IMG/VR virus record: IMGVR_UViG_3300013137_000024
Span: 1 to 56,603 of that record
Reading direction: 5' to 3' (one strand)
DNA length: 56,603 nt
Source of the DNA: a virus
Taxonomy: Duplodnaviria; Caudoviricetes
Shown here: piece after piece, positions 48,391 through 56,603 of the stretch
Layout of the letters: every line of letters starts with the position of its first letter
How positions within the stretch are numbered: the stretch's first letter is position 1
The notes under the pieces: generated by a model
Database searches by the model: none
What the model was told of the DNA's origin: nothing
Seen by the model: the letters and a program-made list of their open reading frames with translations, nothing else
Translations under genes and position numbers: made by a program

Positions 48391-51300
48391 ATGGGTTTGA
48401 TCATTGTGCCCATCAATGCTGAGACACTGCAAGTGATTTTCTCGGGAGTTCCAGACCCCGCCGTAGCGAATGTTTCAAATTGGTTCTTTGCTCCTACTAC
48501 ATACTATCCAGTACCTCTTACGGCACTCTCGGTGACTTACCCTTATGCGGGAGATCTTCTTCAAGCTCAGGTGACTGTTCAGGGAATGACCAGTATTTGG
48601 TATCAGGGCCAAGTAACAACTCCCGGACCGGTCATTTGGGATGACATTTTCATGGGCCTGGGGGATTTGGCCCAGGATGTTTTTTGGACTCGTAAAGGGC
48701 CTTTGGTGAAAGATTGGGGGGATGAAACCCCTGCCACTGTCAAGGATGTTCATGTTTATGTGGGAATATCCCAAACCGAAGTCGAAATCACTGATGTCAA
48801 TCCTTACACCGGGCGTGTTCAGACGGCCATTCCTATTCCATTGTTGCCATCGGGGGATCCGAACGGTCTGGTCACAGTAGATTACCGATGGATAGCCACC
48901 CCGATTATGGAACTGTCTGGTCTCAATACAGAGGGGTTGGTTCTCAATAAATGGGATAGGTCAGGTCGAGCAGCAAGGTCCGGGCAATTCCCCATGGCGG
49001 TTGTATTGCCTCAAAGGCATCGCCCGGATCCTCTGTTGATCGGATGGAGATTTATGGGGTTCGAGCGGGCAGCTTCAGCCTTGCTGAATGCCCCCACTAC
49101 TTTGACTTTGAATCAGAATCCGGCCGCAGACTGCGTGCCCGTATTTACTCGTAACCAACTTAGTAGTTCAGGGTCTTTTGAAGCTACTTCGGCACCCGCT
49201 GACGCTAATTCTCCTTGGATTCTTACGGGATTGGATTCCGGGTACCCGGTTTTGTCTGGTGAATTTGTAGGGACTTATGTCCTGGAAGATGCCCATTCGG
49301 GCATTTATGATCCTGAAGGGACCAACCTTTTCATCGCTAAGTACACCCAACCCGTACAACTGCATGATCTCGATCCCGAAGGTGTTTCGGGATATCTTAC
49401 TGTCAGATTTGAAATCCTGGACTATGAACTCGATGGGGTATTTACCGGGATTGGATTTGGACTGTGCGGCAATGCCAAATTCGGTTTGATTGGGGCAGTC
49501 CTAATCAATGGTCTTCAACATATAGGTTGGTTGACTGACATTGCCCGGCCCGATCTCGAAACATCCTGGATTTTGGGTCCTCAAGTCCAGGGAACGATTT
49601 TGACCCCCACGTCTCCGGAATTCTCCAACAATCGTGTCAGTGTTACGACCTCCGAAATCCCAGTCGGATTGTCTTCCGGTAGTCGTTTTCAGATATTGGA
49701 TGGGGTCCAAAGTGGTGTATACACGATCATTTCTGCAACGGGGCATACTGATCGGACCACCACACTGCTGGTAACACCAGATTTTTCTACTCGGCCGGGT
49801 TTGGTTGGGACCAAGTATCCCCTTTTGGTATTCGAGACCCCGTGGCAGGGAACACCTTCCACGTATCGACTAGCTATCGACCCGGATGATCAGGCTGTAA
49901 CTTTGTGGATGGCCGGTTCGGTATCCATGCCCGGTGGGCGGCCCATTCTGAACATGGAAGCAGACGCTGCGTGGGTGCTTCAGGCGGAAGATTCACCTGT
50001 TTTCGGAATGTCTGAAGATGGGGTCTTCTGGGGTTCCCTATCATTTGCTGCCACCAACAACAGTCGGTGGTCTTTTGTTCGTTACCATATCGTCCCCCAT
50101 GTTCCTCGATTTCGAGCTGTCAGTTTGAATCGGAATGCTCTGAATGTAACTGATTCCGTTTTGGATGATGGATTTGCTTGGTTTGCCCGTTTCGGATATT
50201 CATGGTGGAAAGCATCGGATTTGGTCATACAAAGTTCGGGGTCAACATATCTTAATGGCTTCAATTCCCCCTCCACTTTCACGGCGGAGCTACCCGAGAT
50301 TTTTCTCGACCGGCAAACCAATTTTGATTTGACAACGGAATTCATTCAGGAATTCACCAGTCTAGGATGTTCCCCTATCATAGAGTTTGCAGATCCTGAA
50401 CGGTTGATGTGGTTCGGGACCTTAAGTTATGTTGCCAAAGTGTCGCCCGGATTGGATTATCGGAGGTTGGTGTCCCCACCCAGCGCGAGTATGGAAGGGT
50501 TTGCTCTTCCTACGGATGCCGGGGGTTGGTTTGCGATGCCAGCCACGTTGACATCTGGGATAACTATCACTCAGTTGAATGGGCAAGAAATCAGTTATAC
50601 GGGAGACATTGACGATCCCGAAGCTATCAACCCCAACTCTCCTGTTGGACGTGTGTTTTTTGCGGTTTTGCAAGTGACCGCTGTCATTTCTGGAGAAGAT
50701 GCGTTAGCACCCTTCTATTTTGGGGCTGATGTGGGTCGGGATGCCCATCTGAGGGTGCGATTCAAGGATGCTTTAGAATCATCCGAACGCAAAATCATGT
50801 TGACCACATTATCGGACACGCCTGTTCAAGAGGTGCTATTCGATTGGAATGATTCAGCGGCCCACACCTATCAATTGGTAGCCAATGGTACGGGGGCCAT
50901 TCGATTGACTGTAGATGGTGAACCACTGGGATCAGCGGTTCAAGCGGAAACGTGTCCTGGCCATCGGGGCGATTTTCTTCATGACCGCTACGAGTATGGA
51001 ACGTTTGCCATTCGGGGAAGCAAGAGTGTTACCATCTGGGATGACATCGGATATGAAACCACATCCCCTGTAGATCCTTTGGGTCCTGATGTCAGGATTA
51101 CCCAATCCGAAAATCAACGTTTGGTGTACCGAGCATTTGTTCACGGATCCTACAATGATGTTGTAGATGACGGCGGACGGGTTTTGACTGCCCGTTTGGC
51201 CATAACAGATGCAGAATTGGTGGCTGATCTGACCAGTGTGTTTGTGGCGGCAGATGTGCATCCTGTATCAGGGCATGTTCAGATTCGGTTTGGTGGTTCA

Positions 51301-53205
51301 ACCAATCCCCACGTGGACCTGACTGACATCACTGGAATAGTGGCCGGTTCCTATTCTTTTGATTGGACAGATGGGGAACCCCATACCTATCAGGTCAAGG
51401 TCACAAATCTGGGGGTGGTGAGCCTACTGATTGACGATAACCTACAGATTCCCACCCTAACTTTGGCTTCTTTCCCCGGACGGGCCAGTCCAACAACTGA
51501 AGATGTGTGTGATTTTGGAACTTTGGGGGATCCCAGTTGGACTAGCATTTCTTTATGGCAGTTCGTGAATCTGATTACCCTGCCCGGATCAGAAGTGCTC
51601 AAAACCGTAGGAATCTATCGAGGTAACACTTTTGATACATTGATGGATATTGATTGTTGGGAGTTGCCTCGTGCAGATAGTTCTACTGCAGCCAATTCCT
51701 CGGATGACATCTCGGTAGATATCCGGGAGGTGGATTGGTCAGTCCGTCAAGATTATCGGATCCTCCGAACACCCGAATGGGGTGTGACGGTTTTCATTCC
51801 GTCTTTGGGTTCTGCTCCTTGGCATGTTGGAAAACGGCAAGGATGGGTCAATCCTAAATCAGAACCATCTGCTGGATGGATCAATGTCGAATACGAGGAC
51901 CTGTTACCTAATTGGGATCAGATACCGAGTCATGTGAGATTTGGATCCTCCGAAACGGCTCTACAACGGTGGTCTCAATTTAGGTACCGGTTGTTCCGGC
52001 CACAGGATCCTGATCTCATTGCGCCTCCCAGTATGGTGCTGAATCGTGGGAACATGTTGACCAGTGGTGATCTGGGCAAAGACACATCATTGGAGATCGT
52101 GGCTATCCAATCTTTGGACACACGCCGAGTTACTCTCAAATCCACGCACATTTATGCTCAATCGGTGTACAAGATCATCGACGGAACTAAGATCATCACT
52201 CGAGAATCATGGGATTTTGACAAAAAAGCCCAATTGATTACGCTCAAAGATCCCATCTATCAGCCCACTGGGGGTACGGCGGAGTTCTCATCAGAGCATG
52301 CAAATCTCACTGTGGTTTTCATTCCCGGCTTGCCCGTCACTGAGACCTACCTGACCAATCAGGCCCTGCTTGAAAGCGCCCTGCTACTCAATGAAAGAAC
52401 TCCTCCGTTCCAGAAGGACCAGTTTGGTAAATCCGTTTTGACAGTGAAGGAAATTGTCACCGCCACGGATGTCACTCATGTTGATTTGACCCCCACGGGC
52501 AATCCGGCATCCCAGGTTATCCGTATCGAAGACGGAGCTCAGATCTTTGTCTCTGCAGATTACCAAGCGACATTTGCACCGCCGGTACAACCCCCTGTTC
52601 CTGCCGATTTCACGTTTGATCCGGGAACGCAAATCGTGACTTTGGCCTCTGGGAGGTCGTTCTCCGACCCGGCCGCTTCATTGATGGTGTGGTACACGCC
52701 CGTAGCTATCAATGTTGAGAACGGAGACCCGACAGCGGCCCACATAGATCCTCCGGGAACTCGTTTCCGGGATTTGAAGTTTATCACCGTGGACAATGAT
52801 GGGGACACCGATCTTATCACCACTGTGAGCGACTGCACACTGCCTTTGGGGCAATCCGGGTTCATTCCCGGTGAAGGTGGGGATCCTGTCTACAGTCTCA
52901 CCGGGACGGGAGATCCGTTGGGAGCCGCTCATCCCTATGACGGACTTCGGGATACCAAAACTACTGTCGGGGCACCCGTGGGAAGTCTGGTGTTTGAGTA
53001 TCGCGGGTCTCTGTTCAACGAACAGAACCCAATTGTAGAGACGGCTCGGGTGACTTTCGATCTCATGAAGCCGGACGGCACTCCGATTACTCGATGGGAA
53101 CGTTTGGATAACCGACCCATCCAACAACTTGTTTCAGGCGTCTTCTTGTTTGCATCCGGAGGTTCGACAGATGGGGGTTTCCTGAACGATGCTGCTCTGT
53201 ATTGA
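48391..53205 (+). CDS. Large beta-rich tail or baseplate protein with two lectin (ConA/LamG-like) repeats
   Basis: 1604 aa. Internal repeat FDWNDSAAHTYQLVA...IRLTVDG versus FDWTDGEPHTYQVKV...VSLLIDD. Confidence 0.6.
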   Translation: MGLIIVPINAETLQVIFSGVPDPAVANVSNWFFAPTTYYPVPLTALSVTYPYAGDLLQAQVTVQGMTSIWYQGQVTTPGPVIWDDIFMGLGDLAQDVFWTRKGPLVKDWGDETPATVKDVHVYVGISQTEVEITDVNPYTGRVQTAIPIPLLPSGDPNGLVTVDYRWIATPIMELSGLNTEGLVLNKWDRSGRAARSGQFPMAVVLPQRHRPDPLLIGWRFMGFERAASALLNAPTTLTLNQNPAADCVPVFTRNQLSSSGSFEATSAPADANSPWILTGLDSGYPVLSGEFVGTYVLEDAHSGIYDPEGTNLFIAKYTQPVQLHDLDPEGVSGYLTVRFEILDYELDGVFTGIGFGLCGNAKFGLIGAVLINGLQHIGWLTDIARPDLETSWILGPQVQGTILTPTSPEFSNNRVSVTTSEIPVGLSSGSRFQILDGVQSGVYTIISATGHTDRTTTLLVTPDFSTRPGLVGTKYPLLVFETPWQGTPSTYRLAIDPDDQAVTLWMAGSVSMPGGRPILNMEADAAWVLQAEDSPVFGMSEDGVFWGSLSFAATNNSRWSFVRYHIVPHVPRFRAVSLNRNALNVTDSVLDDGFAWFARFGYSWWKASDLVIQSSGSTYLNGFNSPSTFTAELPEIFLDRQTNFDLTTEFIQEFTSLGCSPIIEFADPERLMWFGTLSYVAKVSPGLDYRRLVSPPSASMEGFALPTDAGGWFAMPATLTSGITITQLNGQEISYTGDIDDPEAINPNSPVGRVFFAVLQVTAVISGEDALAPFYFGADVGRDAHLRVRFKDALESSERKIMLTTLSDTPVQEVLFDWNDSAAHTYQLVANGTGAIRLTVDGEPLGSAVQAETCPGHRGDFLHDRYEYGTFAIRGSKSVTIWDDIGYETTSPVDPLGPDVRITQSENQRLVYRAFVHGSYNDVVDDGGRVLTARLAITDAELVADLTSVFVAADVHPVSGHVQIRFGGSTNPHVDLTDITGIVAGSYSFDWTDGEPHTYQVKVTNLGVVSLLIDDNLQIPTLTLASFPGRASPTTEDVCDFGTLGDPSWTSISLWQFVNLITLPGSEVLKTVGIYRGNTFDTLMDIDCWELPRADSSTAANSSDDISVDIREVDWSVRQDYRILRTPEWGVTVFIPSLGSAPWHVGKRQGWVNPKSEPSAGWINVEYEDLLPNWDQIPSHVRFGSSETALQRWSQFRYRLFRPQDPDLIAPPSMVLNRGNMLTSGDLGKDTSLEIVAIQSLDTRRVTLKSTHIYAQSVYKIIDGTKIITRESWDFDKKAQLITLKDPIYQPTGGTAEFSSEHANLTVVFIPGLPVTETYLTNQALLESALLLNERTPPFQKDQFGKSVLTVKEIVTATDVTHVDLTPTGNPASQVIRIEDGAQIFVSADYQATFAPPVQPPVPADFTFDPGTQIVTLASGRSFSDPAASLMVWYTPVAINVENGDPTAAHIDPPGTRFRDLKFITVDNDGDTDLITTVSDCTLPLGQSGFIPGEGGDPVYSLTGTGDPLGAAHPYDGLRDTKTTVGAPVGSLVFEYRGSLFNEQNPIVETARVTFDLMKPDGTPITRWERLDNRPIQQLVSGVFLFASGGSTDGGFLNDAALY

Positions 53206-53219
53206 CGGTAAAGTCTCCT

Positions 53220-53267
53220 CCGGTAAAAGCCCTATCCGTCTGAGAAGGTAGGGCATCCGGTCTTTTT
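53220..53267 (+). terminator. Terminator-like hairpin with T-tract
   Basis: ccgg..gccctatc, loop cgtctgagaa, ggtagggc..ccgg, followed by tcttttt, in the intergenic gap. Confidence 0.4.
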
Positions 53268-53286
53268 GTTGTTGGAGGCCCCTACA

Positions 53287-53934
53287 ATGCGTTTTGCCGA
53301 AAAGATCAAGGCCCCGACGGGGGATCGTCCCCAATTTGCATTCCAGCAGATGTACTATGAGTCCATTCGGGACCGGGCCAAAGGATCTGTGGTACTGCAT
53401 CTCACTTGGCCTGATGGAACTGTCATTGACCATCGCGAAGTCCCAAACATTATTGTGTACGACTGTGGCGTTCTGGTCGGGCGATTGTTAAAGAACTCAC
53501 TGGTGCCGGTCCTCGCCCGGTCTAACGGAATCAACATGTTGGCCGTCGGTACGGGAGCATTGGGGGATCTTCTCAATCCGGATGCTCCGAAACCCGGACA
53601 ACGCAAGCTCAATCATGAATTGGCCCGAAAAGCCGTTACTGCTCAGTATCGTACTGATGGTGGAATAGCGGTTTCATACCCAACCCATATTGTTGATTTC
53701 ACGGTAACGTTTGGGGAAAGTGAAGCCAATGGCCCTTTGAATGAGATGGGATTGCTGAGCGCCTATGACCTCTCCGAAACCACGGACGCCAACACGATCA
53801 ACAATGGTCCGGATGATTACGACCCGACCATCGATGTGACAAACAAGGATTTGTTCCTGAATTATCTATGCTATCCAGTTTGTACCAAACCTGTGGGTTC
53901 TATCCTGGCGATCACTTGGAGAGTTACGGTCTAG
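53287..53934 (+). CDS. Tail fibre anchor or collar-like protein (gpH N-terminal-like)
   Basis: NIIVY...INMLAVGTG...KLNHELARK...VDFTVTFGESEANGPLNEMGL...ITWRVTV. GGAGG precedes ATG 53287. Confidence 0.65.
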   Translation: MRFAEKIKAPTGDRPQFAFQQMYYESIRDRAKGSVVLHLTWPDGTVIDHREVPNIIVYDCGVLVGRLLKNSLVPVLARSNGINMLAVGTGALGDLLNPDAPKPGQRKLNHELARKAVTAQYRTDGGIAVSYPTHIVDFTVTFGESEANGPLNEMGLLSAYDLSETTDANTINNGPDDYDPTIDVTNKDLFLNYLCYPVCTKPVGSILAITWRVTV

Positions 53935-53937
53935 TAC

Positions 53938-54288
53938 ATGACTGACATCGACACTCGATGGGGAAAGGTTGCTTTCGATACCGTGACTTATAAGATTACT
54001 GTTCCAAGTAGTATGCAGAACAAATTCGAGCATTTCCTATCATTGTTGGTTCGCAATGGGGGGCATTCCGGTACTTTCGGTTTGCATTTCGATGGCGATG
54101 GGATGGATGGGCTCGAGGTCGAACCGGGGATCCTCAGGTTTCCAGGTGTAGGTGCAATCGGAGGTTCCGGATCAGATTTCGAGATTGCTACCGGAGAAGG
54201 TTACACCGGGTTTTTCCGGGATGTTACCCGGGATCACCCCGGAGGGGAACTGGTTAAAATACCAGCCCAAGATGCAGATAAGAGGTAA
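53938..54288 (+). CDS. Hypothetical protein
   Basis: 116-aa ORF tightly packed between its neighbours (3-nt gaps on both sides). Confidence 0.55.
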   Translation: MTDIDTRWGKVAFDTVTYKITVPSSMQNKFEHFLSLLVRNGGHSGTFGLHFDGDGMDGLEVEPGILRFPGVGAIGGSGSDFEIATGEGYTGFFRDVTRDHPGGELVKIPAQDADKR

Positions 54289-54291
54289 TCC

Positions 54292-56603
54292 GTGGGCACG
54301 AAGGACCTGGATAGACTCTATGGTGCTTTGAACGATCCGGCGGCAGTCATTCAGACTCCGAATACGGTTTCCCGTAATATCAAAGTGGGGGACCGGGCTT
54401 TTGCTACAACTGTTCAGGAGAGTGGCAAGGTCATTCTCGATGCCGAACTCCAACTGCATCAAGATTCGATTTGGTGGGAAAATCTGTTACTCAAAGGATG
54501 GCAAATTCCTTCGGGGTGGCTACGAGGACAGAATCGGAATGGGCCGCATACGAATTTCATTTACACGGCACCTCTCGGATTCGATGATTCTTCAGGTCGG
54601 ATTCCGGTCCCGATTCAACCAGATGGGACACTCCTGAATGCCCTCATCATGCCCCGTGTTGAAGCCGTGGTTGCGGGGCACCCGGTTGTTGTGGAATACA
54701 CCAACACCACCACGGAAGGCGGCAACCTCATCCTCTTCGAGGACCCGCCCAGTCCGGCAGATGACCCACCCGTGATCAAACGGACGGATTTCGTATTTCT
54801 CGAGGTCTGGCTCGCTCTCGTGGCCCCAAGTCCACGGGCCAGGGGAACCGTCGTTATCAATGATTCCACGAAAATCGTTCCGGGGGTTGATCAAGTTCTT
54901 ATCGGGGGTGTTCCCCTGACCGCATCCCTACTGCCCGGCCCTGGTTTGTTTGTTGTGGTGGCGGGGGATAATGCCGCGACGGCTACGAACCTCGCCGCTG
55001 CGATTACTGCGACCCTTCCTTTGGTTGCAACGGGATCTTCCTCGGGCAATGTGGTCACAGTAGTAGCCACACCTCCCGGGGTAGCCGGCAACGCTATCAC
55101 ACTGGCAACAGTCGTTACGGAGCCTTTGAGCATCACGGTTTCTGGTCCTAACCTGACTGGTGGGATAGACTACTTCAATAAACCAGATCAGTCTACGTTG
55201 TATCGGCATGGAAACGTGTTGTCGCCTCTTATGGTAGCACTCCCCGACGAGTTTTTGGATGCCAGGCTTCTTTCGGAAACCAGTCAGAGGATCCAAGTCC
55301 AATACCGGATTCGGGTCACGGGGGCGACTGAGGCGGTCAATTACAAGACCCATCCGGACGGGTTCTCCTCCGCGGGAGTTTTGGCACAAGGAGCAGGACC
55401 AACGCCCGTGGTGGACTATCCCTTCGTGCCAGCGGACAGAGCATCCATCCGGAACAATTCATCGGCTGTTGCTTACGGCATGGCGGATGATGGTTTGTGG
55501 ATTGCTGGGGATGGCAGTTCGACTTCGGCCCAGGCTCTCGGGACAGTCGATGGCTATGCTTATGCCATACCCCTTGCTTTCGTGTTCCGGCACAATGATG
55601 CTGGGTTGTCTTCTCCCCGAGGTTTCGACCCGGCCGCGAATGCCAATGGTGCATTGAGTTATCTGCACCCCGATTACCTGGTCTTTCCTTATTGTGCCAC
55701 TGGTCCCGTACCTGCCGGATTATCCGACCGACCCGACAAGGAATTCTGTGACGTGATTGGTCTCAGTCGAGTAATGGATCTTCGGAGGCATGTGGTATTC
55801 CCCGGTGTGGACTTGGCCGGGGAGGTGGCTTTTCAAATCCAATCCCTTCTCGACGGGTCTCTCAAAACCTGGTCTGTGGATACGGCTGACCAACAATGGC
55901 TGGGGGATGAATCGGGGGATGTCTCTCCAACGTTTCTGATTTGCGATGAAATCGGACGGACTGCTGCCAAAGAAGGGGCCGACCCCATCTCGGGGGATAC
56001 CAAACGCGGAGTCTGTATCCGTAATTTCGACCACATTGCTCGGAGATTTGCAGACCAGCCTGTGGTGGAACGGGTTGTGTTCTCTTTCTATCCCGGAGAT
56101 CGTCAGGTAGCCCCTCCGGTTGCACCGGGATTGGTGAATCCCGGCAAGTATGTTGTGAAGAATCCGTTAGACCCGGGAATAGGCGATGCCTGGTATGAAG
56201 ATGACGTTCTTCATTTGGACTTGGCCAACCTGGATGCCACGGGGCAAAGCTGTCTGTTTGATGGTCGGGACGGTGGAACCTCGGGAGTCGGTCTCGCTGG
56301 AACCTCTGTGGTTTACTTTGCCCCTCCTGGGACAACAATCACGGATGTTCTGTCCGCTTATCATGATGATGGGCATTCCGTAGTCCCCATTGATCAGCAG
56401 GTGCAAGTCAAGTTGATTCAAGGACTGGGGACATCACATCTGACTGTGACTTTGGATGCCAATGATCAGACAGCCAATAATGGTGGTGTTCCAGCAATAA
56501 ATCATCCGGTAATTGGCTATGACATCATCAACCAAGGATCACAAAGACGCATTTTCCTCGAAGTTGAAATCACCTATCCCATTGGGGTGGGTGCAACCCA
56601 TAC
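54292..56603 (+). CDS. Tail fibre or baseplate-attachment-like protein, 3'-truncated (absent from the ORF track)
   Basis: AAGAGG precedes GTG 54292, and every segment translated by hand is open to the window end. Motifs VQESGKVILDAELQ, RTDFVFLEVW, ETSQRIQVQYRIRV, GTVDGYAYAIPLAFVFRHN and SDRPD...DLRRHV resemble fibre-attachment proteins of large phages. Confidence 0.7.
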   Translation, partial: MGTKDLDRLYGALNDPAAVIQTPNTVSRNIKVGDRAFATTVQESGKVILDAELQLHQDSIWWENLLLKGWQIPSGWLRGQNRNGPHTNFIYTAPLGFDDSSGRIPVPIQPDGTLLNALIMPRVEAVVAGHPVVVEYTNTTTEGGNLILFEDPPSPADDPPVIKRTDFVFLEVWLALVAPSPRARGTVVINDSTKIVPGVDQVLIGGVPLTASLLPGPGLFVVVAGDNAATATNLAAAITATLPLVATGSSSGNVVTVVATPPGVAGNAITLATVVTEPLSITVSGPNLTGGIDYFNKPDQSTLYRHGNVLSPLMVALPDEFLDARLLSETSQRIQVQYRIRVTGATEAVNYKTHPDGFSSAGVLAQGAGPTPVVDYPFVPADRASIRNNSSAVAYGMADDGLWIAGDGSSTSAQALGTVDGYAYAIPLAFVFRHNDAGLSSPRGFDPAANANGALSYLHPDYLVFPYCATGPVPAGLSDRPDKEFCDVIGLSRVMDLRRHVVFPGVDLAGEVAFQIQSLLDGSLKTWSVDTADQQWLGDESGDVSPTFLICDEIGRTAAKEGADPISGDTKRGVCIRNFDHIARRFADQPVVERVVFSFYPGDRQVAPPVAPGLVNPGKYVVKNPLDPGIGDAWYEDDVLHLDLANLDATGQSCLFDGRDGGTSGVGLAGTSVVYFAPPGTTITDVLSAYHDDGHSVVPIDQQVQVKLIQGLGTSHLTVTLDANDQTANNGGVPAINHPVIGYDIINQGSQRRIFLEVEITYPIGVGATH

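Noticed and set aside
1-56603. Stop-codon reassignment (alternative genetic code)
   Set aside because: Multi-kilobase ORFs are intact under code 11, and TAA, TAG and TGA all terminate genes.
1-56603. CRISPR arrays, tRNA or rRNA genes, inteins, introns, transposases
   Set aside because: No repeat-spacer periodicity, cloverleaf, intein terminus or transposase motif was recognised by eye, and intergenic space is minimal. tRNAscan and Rfam were not run.
1-56603. Type VI secretion system
   Set aside because: The sheath is a single protein and a tape measure is present, while no TssJLM, ClpV or TssA genes were recognised.

Overview
This window is most likely the tail and baseplate region of a very large contractile-tailed (myovirus-like, probably jumbo) phage. 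A giant contractile injection system cannot be excluded, because no capsid, portal, terminase or replication genes lie in the window. Almost all genes are on the + strand, use standard code 11, and often have GGAGG-type ribosome binding sites. Gene order is: an oversized tail sheath (>1609 aa, open at the left edge); a ~5.3 kb accessory island; tail tube; a ~180-nt structured intergenic RNA; two chaperone-position genes; tape measure; two paralogous tube-initiator-like genes; a hub with an inserted lysozyme-like domain; a gpV/gp5-like spike; a Gly-rich protein; a 3731-aa giant protein; three unknown genes; gp25/W-like, J-like and I-like wedge genes; a 1604-aa lectin-repeat protein; a tail-fibre-anchor-like gene; and a fibre-like ORF running off the right edge. 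The island holds two paralogous small genes, a 124-bp tandem duplication, a GC-rich basic protein on the minus strand, and a sigma70-driven MerR-HTH plus VIT-vWA operon. The most notable observations are this island separating sheath from tube, the nested RNA with a mutually exclusive RBS-sequestering hairpin, and the reuse of the same small domains across several oversized structural proteins. All functional calls come from motifs and gene order read by eye; no database search or folding program was run.
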